A stretch of DNA of 20,000 bases from NCBI GenBank assembly GCA_051453625.1, contig JBOZIK010000001.1:34763574-34783573 (forward strand), given 5' to 3'. The stretch comes from Welwitschia mirabilis (lineage: Eukaryota). Position numbers and translations under genes: made by a program. This document shows positions 11,531 through 20,000 of the stretch, piece after piece; positions within the stretch are counted from its first letter, which is position 1; every line of letters begins with the position of its first letter. The notes under the pieces are model-generated. The model worked only from the letters and a program-made list of their open reading frames with translations, did not search any database and had not been told where the DNA came from.

Positions 11531-11728
11531 AATCTTTTGTGTAATCTAAAAAGATTACCACATAGCAAGAAGTCTTCCAGTGTATTTTTCTTGGGTCCTA
11601 AGTAAAGATTCCAAGAACAAAAATCAATCTTAATAATTGAGTCTACTCCTTGCATTTTAATGTAAACCTAGAGATTACCTACAATGATTTTGAGCTAAAA
11701 GATTGGAATTTTTAAGTTAAGCAAAGGA

Positions 11729-12848
11729 ATGCCATCAAAATCTAAAGAGAAAAAGGTAGGTTTTCAAAATGAAAAGTAATTTTTAAAAAAGGCAATTCAA
11801 GAAGGTATTCAAATTTATAATTAAAGAACTAGAAGTGAGCAAATTTTTATCTCTTAATTTGATAAATCAGATTTACTAGAAGATTGTAATTTACATTATA
11901 AAAGTTTTTCATTTTCTGTTGATTCATCTTCTAGAATTTTTAAGTCCCCTTTTGAAACAAAACTACCTCTTCTGTTACAAGTTCTTCTAGGATTAATTTT
12001 AATTCTTTTGTAAATAAAGTTTCAACTTCGCATTCTTTAAATAGTAAACATGTAAATAAGAATCCTATAACTCCCATAATGTCTACAATTCTAGTGATTC
12101 CCAACCAACTCTCAAGGATAAATATGTACCAAAAATTAGGGAAACTCATAATCATTTCAACCTTCCTATTGGGGGTAACATAGAAATTAAAAATTTTAAT
12201 GCCTATCCCTTTTTTGAAGAAACTCATGAAGACCCTTATGAACACATTGCAGCCATTGAACAATTGATGCTGATGTGTAATGGAAAGAAACCTATAACTT
12301 ATAGGAATTACATGATAGTATTCCCTTATACATTAAGTGAAAAAGCAAAGAACTAGCTTAAAACTATATCCCACAAAAGTCTCAAAACTTGGAAGGATAC
12401 TAAAGAAAACTTTATTAAATTATTCCTTAGTGGAAACACTTTGAGGTAAAGACATTATGAGGTAACAATTTTTCAGTAGAAAGATAATGAGAATTATGCT
12501 TTATCTTGGAAAAGATTCCTAATTTTAATTTCAGCTAATCCCATATATGAATTTAAATAAGAAGAATTAATTTACCATTTCTACAATGGCCTTACTAGTA
12601 AAACAAAACAAATGATAAATCTTTTTTGCGAAGGAAGTTTATTTCAATACACAACTGAAGAAGCATGAAAACATTTACAAGACTTAGTTAAACTTAGCTA
12701 AGATGGCCTAAGCCTAGAGAAAATAAAACCTTTAAACAATCTTTAAGAAAATCCATCATGTCAAACATCAAAAGGAAAAACAAAACCAACTCATGTATGA
12801 AAATGAAGATGCTAGTGACAGTCATAGCATACTTGTAAGGATAATGGT
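11729..12848 (+). pseudogene. gag: gag, N-terminal and core part (Retrotrans_gag-like), degenerate
   Basis: EDPYEHIAAIEQL, FPYTLSEKAKN*LKT, TWKDTKENFIKLF, FQ*KDNENYALSWKRF and FYNGLTSKTKQMIN at about 12225-12620 match Athila gag motifs (EDPxxH, FPFSLxDKAKxWL, QxxxEsLxxAWERF, FYNGL). The start at ATG 11729 is tentative. Confidence 0.85.
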
Positions 12849-13944
12849 TGTTGCAGTGCATATTTATGTAATGTTTTAGGCCTTGATCTAAATCTTATTA
12901 ATTACAAATAAGATACATAAATATAGCACACTAGTATAGTTGGAAGTGAACTGAATGTCATAATTTTGTCAAAGGCTAAAGTATGGATAATAAAGAGTTG
13001 ATTTCGAGATAGAAATATGTAACCCTAATATATTAAAATAAAGTGCAATGCATGAAATTAAAATAGCAATGCAAAACTAATCTATAAAAATAAATAACAA
13101 TGCACCTAATCTAATTAAGCTTAACCTTGACAAAGGTTGCCCTCATAATCTATGTAATAGAAGAAACCTGTCATGAATCTTAAACAACATAAACTATGAG
13201 GGAGAGATTCTTGCATATGTTAAACAAAAAGATAATTCATATTAAAAAGCATAAAAAACATCTATATCACAAAGTAGTCGTTCCTTAATGGAGGAAACGC
13301 TACACAACAATAAGGTAATGTCTCTCTGGATTACAAGATAGTTCTCCAGTCTTAAGATCTCCTGTCACAAGCATGTCAGGTACTGTTGAAGATGATTATA
13401 GATCGAGGGGGAGACCTTTATTTATAGACAAAAAAGAAAGGGAAACTGATAGAGAAGTAGAGAAGAAACCCTAGCTAACATGCAAAGTAAAGTTATAAAG
13501 AAGTAACAATAACTTAGAAAAACATTCGATAAAGTGTGAGAGAACAGTGTCATCTTTCTGATCATCTAGACAAAGGAGGAGACAAAAAGGATTAATAATT
13601 GAAACTCTTGGTCTATTCTAGTTTAACTGCTTGTTCGATTGCATGCAAACTATTGTCATCCTGTTTGAGATATCATCTAATACAAACGTCCGGACAATGA
13701 GGTGGACGACCTGCTTATGTCAATATTTAGTCTGTCTGATCAGTTATTATTTGTAGGAATTATTATATAAAATATTATTTATCCATATCTACATCAAATG
13801 CTTGTAATTTATCTATAAACTGCATGTTTTCATTCTCTTTATCTTGGTTCTTGATTATCAGGAGAATTAAGCATTTACCTATTAAGTTATCTATAAAATA
13901 ACTCATAATACCCTATTAAATACATGTAAGTTAGCGATGCAAAA
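12849..13944 (-). mobile_element. Solo LTR (1096 bp) inserted in gag, with exact 5-bp TSD ATGGT
   Basis: ATGGT at 12844-12848 and 13945-13949. Termini TGTTGCA...TGCAAAA. No PBS or PPT adjacent. Colinear with 17032-19800. Confidence 0.93.
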
Positions 13945-14838
13945 ATGGTAAAATTAATATAAGAGGTGAAATTAGCAAAAGCCCACATCACATTAACTCT
14001 TACTTATAAATTATATGAAGAAAATTACATAGTTAATGAATGCTTATTTTGACCAACTGTGAAGGAAGTAGTGAGGGAAGAAGTATGCTATGCTAATCAA
14101 TCAGGTCCTAATTACTACAAAGGACTTTACCATAATGAGAAAAAGTCTTATCATTAAGTAGATTCTTATTTTGAACCTAAATATAAACCCTCCTTTAAAA
14201 AATCATATAATCTAAGATATGGAGGATATAATCAATACAAGGATGATCCAATTAAGAAAGCTATGATAGAGATAAGAAGCATCCACGAATAAACATATAA
14301 GACTATTGAGCAAACCCAGAAACATATATGAGATTTGGGTAGAATTTGCAATGAATTATGTTAGTTAACCAAAAAATACAAGACACATTATCTTTCAATA
14401 CATTGCCTAACCCCAATGATGTAAAGAAAGATTGAAAGGTAGTTACTCGAAAAGGCACTGCTACTATACCTGAAGAATCATATATAAGTGATAAAATTAA
14501 AACAAAAAAGGATGAAGATGTAGAAATTATTGATGAGATACACTTTTATTTCACTTCCACTTTAACAAATAAAAATAAAACACCAAATACAGGAATAAGA
14601 CATCTTACCCCTTAGTTAGATAGACTCAACTCTAATACAACTTATAGTGAGTATATCAAAACAATCAGAAAGGATGTTATGTCATACTCCCATTTTGGAA
14701 CATACTTCAAGACAACCCTAACTATGCCAAATTATGGAAGGAGCTTTATAGGAGGAAGCAAAAACATGCATTACTAAGTATAGTGCTTTAGCCCAATCTA
14801 TGGCCAACTTGGTGATGTAAAAATGTTTAAATTTCAAA
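13945..14838 (+). pseudogene. gag: gag C-terminal / gag-PR linker, degenerate
   Basis: TLPNPN and KVVTRKG at about 14400-14460 resemble Athila TxxNP...KAVTLRSG. There is also a PNYAK motif at about 14716-14732. Confidence 0.65.
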
Positions 14839-15185
14839 GATTCAGGGGAAGCAACCATTAGTATGACCTTAAAAGAAAACAAAAAGGTTAATTATGCCCT
14901 TATTAACATAGGTCCAAGTGTGAACATAATGCCCCTTCATTTTGGATTAGAAAATTAAATTTAGCCAATAACAATTGTCTTGGGAGTGGTTGATTCAACA
15001 TTAAGGAAGTTGCTTAGAATTATCAAGGATTTGATTGTCCAAATAGAAGAAGTATACTACCCCATTAATGTTATAATTATTAAAATTAATCATAATAGTA
15101 GATACTCCTTACTTTTAGGTAGAGCTTTTTGTACTACTTCCCATTGCATTATAGACACTAGAGCTGGAACTATGCAACTTCATAA
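14839..15185 (+). pseudogene. pol: Aspartic protease domain, degenerate
   Basis: DSGEATI (DPGxxTI), ALINIGPSVNIMP (ALxDLGASVNLMP with catalytic D>N at 14905-14907) and LLLGRAFCTTSHCIIDTRAGTMQL. Confidence 0.85.
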
Positions 15186-15789
15186 AAGTAATAAAAAGAA
15201 TCAAGTTCAAGTCTTCAATGTAATAATAAAGGACATAAGGGATCCATATTATGAGCTAAGTGAAGATGTTAGATCAATAATGTTTATAGCTCATCATTTA
15301 CTTGAATTAAAGGCCCTTACCCATGAAAAACTAACTCTTTTTAATAATATGAAGGAAGTCTCAACAATTTTAGGTAGTCTTAATTCCATAAACTCTTGTG
15401 AAATTGATAGTAACATGTAACCTTTGATGAAAAATACGTTTAAGAACATCACCACCTAAGACATTAAGGAAGTAAAAGCCATGGAGACAACTTTTAATGA
15501 GGATTATTATGCTTTTCTAAATAAACATGAAAGAGTCAACTCTAAGATGAATTTCAAGGAGTTTAAAAAGGGATTGAATTACATTTTTATCAACAATAAC
15601 CCTAAAAAGCCCTTAATCATTAGTATCCATTTTTACCCCAACGCTGAGCAAGTATTAGTATCACTTCTCATATCTAAATTTGAAGCTTTTTCTTGAAGTT
15701 ACAAGGATCTATCTCCTATTCCACCACATATTTTATAACACAAGATATACTTAAAGGACAATCAAAATTCATAAGAAAACTCAAATAAA

Positions 15790-16560
15790 TTTAAATCTAG
15801 GACTAAAACAAGTGATTAAAGATGAGATTATTAAACTTTTAGATGCTGACATCATTTACCCTATTCGCAATAATGAGTGAGTTAGTCTATTAACTATAGT
15901 ACCTAAGAAAGATGGTAAGTGAAGAGTATGATAGACTTTGGATGACTTAATAAAGTAACTAAAAAGGATCATTACCCTCTACCTTTTCTTGAATAAGTAT
16001 TAGATAGAATACAAGAACATGTGTTCTAGTGTTTTCTTAATTGGTATAGTGGATACAACTAAGTATGTATTGCAAACAAAGATCAAGCAAAGACTACTTT
16101 TACCTCCCCTTTTAGTACTTATTCTTTTAGAAGAATGCGTTTCGGTTTATGCAATGCTCCAGGTACCTTCCAATTTGCTATGATGGAATTTTTAATGACA
16201 TTATAGAAAATTCCATCAAACTTTTCATGAATGATTTTTCAGTCTTTGAAGATTCTTTTGACAAAACTTTGAATCACTTAGCACAAGTCTTGGAATAATA
16301 TATTAAAAGTGGAATTCACCTTAGTTTGGAAAAGAGTCATTTCATGGTTAATAAAGGGATAGTTTTAGAACATCATATTTTAATAAGAGGTATCCAAATG
16401 GACTCATAAAAAATTGATGTCATAAAAAATATTTCACCCTCTTTTAACATAACACAACTTTAATAATTTTTGGGACATTGTGGTTTTTATTGTAGATTCA
16501 TTGAAGGATATGCAATAATTTGTAAGCCACTTTATTAAATTTTGGAAAAGGATGTTAAAT
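15790..16560 (+). pseudogene. pol: Reverse transcriptase domain, degenerate
   Basis: VIKDEIIKLLDADIIYPI, VPKKDGK*RV, LNKVTKKDHYPLPF, FLNWYSGYN*V, DQAKTTFTSPF, MRFGLCNAPGTFQ, FMNDFSVF, LSLEKSHFMV and FLGHCGFYCRFI, with several stops and frameshifts. Confidence 0.95.
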
Positions 16561-16664
16561 ATGAATGGAGTGATGAATGGTAAAAAGCCTTTGAGAATAT
16601 TAGAATTTCCATTACTAATGAACCCATAGTTAGTGGACTAAATTCGAATAAGGACTCCAAGTTA

Positions 16665-17015
16665 ATGTGTAATGCTTGTAATCTTACTATAAGTGGGGTA
16701 TTAGGACAAAAACATGAGAAAGGGATGAAAGTAATTCACCACATTAGTAAAACCCTTTCTGGTCCTCAACTCAACTATAAAGCTATTGAAAAGAAGATGC
16801 TAATAATTATCTTTTATCTAGGAAAACTTCGATATTACCTCCTTGGTTTTCACACTTATCTTTATATGGATCATGTGGCCATTAGATATTTAATGATAAA
16901 GAAAGATTCTAATGCATACTTGATACGATTGATACTTTTGTTATAAGAATTCAATTTGATGATAGTAGACAAGGTAGAAAAATAAAATCTAGTAGCTAAT
17001 CATCTTTCTAGACTT
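16665..17015 (+). pseudogene. pol: Ty3-type RNase H domain, degenerate
   Basis: MCNAC..GVLGQ..ISKTL..QLNY..EKKML..DHVAIRYL..KKD..LIRLILLL*EF..NLVANHLSRL matches the Athila RH motifs MCDAS..NY.TTEKELL..TDH..ADHLSRL. Confidence 0.93.
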
Positions 17016-17031
17016 CCTTTGGATACTTCTC

Positions 17032-19800
17032 TGTTGCGGTGTGTATTTGTGTAATAGTTCATGTTTCAATTTCAATCCTGTTAATTATAATAAGATGCAA
17101 AATGCAACACGCTAGTATAGACAGAGTGATTCGAATGTCATAATTCCATTGAAGGCCAATGGTATGGATAATAAAGAGTTGATTTTAGAAAAGAAATGAG
17201 TAACCTTAATCTATTGAATTTAAATTATAATGCATGAAATAGANNNNNNNNNNNNNNNNNNNNNNNNNNNNNNNNNNNNNNNNNNNNNNNNNNNNNNNNN
17301 NNNNNNNNNNNNNNNNNNNNNNNNNNNNNNNNNNNNNNNNNNNNNNNNNNNNNNNNNNNNNNNNNNNNNNNNNNNNNNNNNNNNNNNNNNNNNNNNNNNN
17401 NNNNNNNNNNNNNNNNNNNNNNNNNNNNNNNNNNNNNNNNNNNNNNNNNNNNNNNNNNNNNNNNNNNNNNNNNNNNNNNNNNNNNNNNNNNNNNNNNNNN
17501 NNNNNNNNNNNNNNNNNNNNNNNNNNNNNNNNNNNNNNNNNNNNNNNNNNNNNNNNNNNNNNNNNNNNNNNNNNNNNNNNNNNNNNNNNNNNNNNNNNNN
17601 NNNNNNNNNNNNNNNNNNNNNNNNNNNNNNNNNNNNNNNNNNNNNNNNNNNNNNNNNNNNNNNNNNNNNNNNNNNNNNNNNNNNNNNNNNNNNNNNNNNN
17701 NNNNNNNNNNNNNNNNNNNNNNNNNNNNNNNNNNNNNNNNNNNNNNNNNNNNNNNNNNNNNNNNNNNNNNNNNNNNNNNNNNNNNNNNNNNNNNNNNNNN
17801 NNNNNNNNNNNNNNNNNNNNNNNNNNNNNNNNNNNNNNNNNNNNNNNNNNNNNNNNNNNNNNNNNNNNNNNNNNNNNNNNNNNNNNNNNNNNNNNNNNNN
17901 NNNNNNNNNNNNNNNNNNNNNNNNNNNNNNNNNNNNNNNNNNNNNNNNNNNNNNNNNNNNNNNNNNNNNNNNNNNNNNNNNNNNNNNNNNNNNNNNNNNN
18001 NNNNNNNNNNNNNNNNNNNNNNNNNNNNNNNNNNNNNNNNNNNNNNNNNNNNNNNNAATTAAAGAAACCTATCACGAATCTAAAACAACATAAACTATGA
18101 GAAATAAGTTCCTACAATTGTTAATAAAAAGAGTAATTTATATTAAAAGTGTAAAAGGGCATCTGTATCACAAAGTAGTTGTTCCTCAATGGAGGATATG
18201 ACGCCCAACACCAAGGTAACATCTCTTTGGATTACAAGATGGTTCTCTAGTCTAAAGATCTCCTATCATGAGAATGTCAGGTACTGTCAAAGATGATTAA
18301 AGATCAAGGGAGAAACCNNNNNNNNNNNNNNNNNNNNNNNNNNNNNNNNNNNNNNNNNNATAAGATAAACTCTATCTATCATGAAAGGAAAAGTCACAAT
18401 TAACAAGTGACAACTCGAGAATACAATTTGTGAAAGTATGGAATAATAGTGTCATCTAGGTGGTCATCCAAACGATGGAGGAGACGACAGGATTTTACAA
18501 TGCATTATCTTCTTTGCTTCCAGTTTAACTATCTGTGTTCTGCATGTGACAAACTGTTAACTGGTTCTAAAGATATCATCCACTAGTGTCATCTGGNNNN
18601 NNNNNNNNNNNNNNNNNNNNNNNNNNNNNNNNNNNNNNNNNNNNNNNNNNNNNNNNNNNNNNNNNNNNNNNNNNNNNNNNNNNNNNNNNNNNNNNNNNNN
18701 NNNNNNNNNNNNNNNNNNNNNNNNNNNNNNNNNNNNNNNNNNNNNNNNNNNNNNNNNNNNNNNNNNNNNNNNNNNNNNNNNNNNNNNNNNNNNNNNNNNN
18801 NNNNNNNNNNNNNNNNNNNNNNNNNNNNNNNNNNNNNNNNNNNNNNNNNNNNNNNNNNNNNNNNNNNNNNNNNNNNNNNNNNNNNNNNNNNNNNNNNNNN
18901 NNNNNNNNNNNNNNNNNNNNNNNNNNNNNNNNNNNNNNNNNNNNNNNNNNNNNNNNNNNNNNNNNNNNNNNNNNNNNNNNNNNNNNNNNNNNNNNNNNNN
19001 NNNNNNNNNNNNNNNNNNNNNNNNNNNNNNNNNNNNNNNNNNNNNNNNNNNNNNNNNNNNNNNNNNNNNNNNNNNNNNNNNNNNNNNNNNNNNNNNNNNN
19101 NNNNNNNNNNNNNNNNNNNNNNNNNNNNNNNNNNNNNNNNNNNNNNNNNNNNNNNNNNNNNNNNNNNNNNNNNNNNNNNNNNNNNNNNNNNNNNNNNNNN
19201 NNNNNNNNNNNNNNNNNNNNNNNNNNNNNNNNNNNNNNNNNNNNNNNNNNNNNNNNNNNNNNNNNNNNNNNNNNNNNNNNNNNNNNNNNNNNNNNNNNNN
19301 NNNNNNNNNNNNNNNNNNNNNNNNNNNNNNNNNNNNNNNNNNNNNNNNNNNNNNNNNNNNNNNNNNNNNNNNNNNNNNNNNNNNNNNNNNNNNNNNNNNN
19401 NNNNNNNNNNNNNNNNNNNNNNNNNNNNNNNNNNNNNNNNNNNNNNNNNNNNNNNNNNNNNNNNNNNNNNNNNNNNNNNNNNNNNNNNNNNNNNNNNNNN
19501 NNNNNNNNNNNNNNNNNNNNNNNNNNNNNGTCCTGACTGTCGTCTGGACGACATAGGAGATGATAGTCTTCTACTCATCCTTTGTCAGTCTAATATCTAG
19601 TTGTTTATAGGGATAATCATCTAAAAGTAAAATTTATGCATATTTATAGAAAAGCCTCATGAATTATCTGATAAACTGCATGTTTTCATCTTATGCTCTT
19701 AGATTCTCAATTGTCATAGAAAATAAGCATTTATCTGTTAGTTTATCTGCAAAACAACTCAAAATACCCTATTAAATACATTTAAGTTGGCATCGCAACA
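17032..19800 (-). mobile_element. 3' LTR of a minus-strand element inserted right after RNase H, split by three N gaps
   Basis: Perfect termini TGTTGCG (17032) and CGCAACA (19800). All sequenced blocks are colinear with the solo LTR 12849-13944. A PPT is adjacent at 19801. The predicted TSD is TTCTC (17027-17031). Confidence 0.85.
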
Positions 19801-20000
19801 TAGCCCTCCACTTAGCCTTATCAGTCCCTAATAAACCTAGGCGGTAAACTGTGTTTGCAAGCTAACTTTTCAAACAATAAAAACTAAGATATGTAAAGGA
19901 AAGTATTTGACAAAAGTGTAACAGGAATGAATCTTAATCTAAATTTCTAAAAAATTTAAAAACTAAATAAAATACCTAATGAAGTATCAGATGTATGTCT
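19801..20000 (-). mobile_element. PPT (19801-19826) and 3' internal region of the inserted element, continuing beyond the window
   Basis: Reverse complement GACTGATAAGGCTAAGTGGAGGGCTA-TGTTGCG, followed by similarity to 7370-7410 (CCTAG, GCTAA blocks). Confidence 0.85.

Larger units (their letters stand above)
9858..17031 (+). mobile_element. Degenerate autonomous Ty3/Gypsy Athila-like retrotransposon (5' LTR, UTR, gag, PR, RT, RNase H); integrase and 3' LTR not in the window
   Basis: Gypsy domain order with Athila-type motifs. Interrupted at 12849-13944 and at 17032. Confidence 0.88.

Noticed and set aside
11940..12263. 107-aa minus-strand ORF
   Set aside because: It is antisense to degenerate gag and has no recognisable motif, so it is probably a shadow ORF.
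17206..19578. Long ORFs of 287-329 aa in the ORF track
   Set aside because: They are almost entirely N-gap read-through. The same applies to the ORFs at 9558, 10733-10996 and 11262-11507.

Overview
AT-rich, gapped eukaryotic sequence, most likely land-plant heterochromatin. I found no intact host gene, RNA gene or CRISPR array. Almost all of the window is a nested stack of decayed Ty3/Gypsy (Athila-like) LTR retrotransposons, with eight related ~1.1-kb LTR copies: 1-522 (-), 523-1593 (-), 1854-2931 (+), 7438-8506 (+), 8507-9557 (+), 9858 into the gap at 10771 (+), 12849-13944 (-) and 17032-19800 (-). Main units: (i) a 6.65-kb pol-less, LARD-like element (1854-8506) with a decayed tRNA-Asp PBS, a PPT and an unidentified decayed acidic ORF; (ii) a degenerate autonomous gag-PR-RT-RNaseH element from 9858, interrupted by a solo LTR with an exact ATGGT target-site duplication and by another element's 3' LTR at 17032; (iii) pervasive G>A/C>T decay that has turned several catalytic or conserved Asp codons into Asn. 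I see no convincing new biological system. The best leads are the pol-less family with its unknown ORF, an RT lacking the angiosperm Athila loop, a PPT-junction copy inside the LTR and the extreme deamination signature. All alignments were done by eye.
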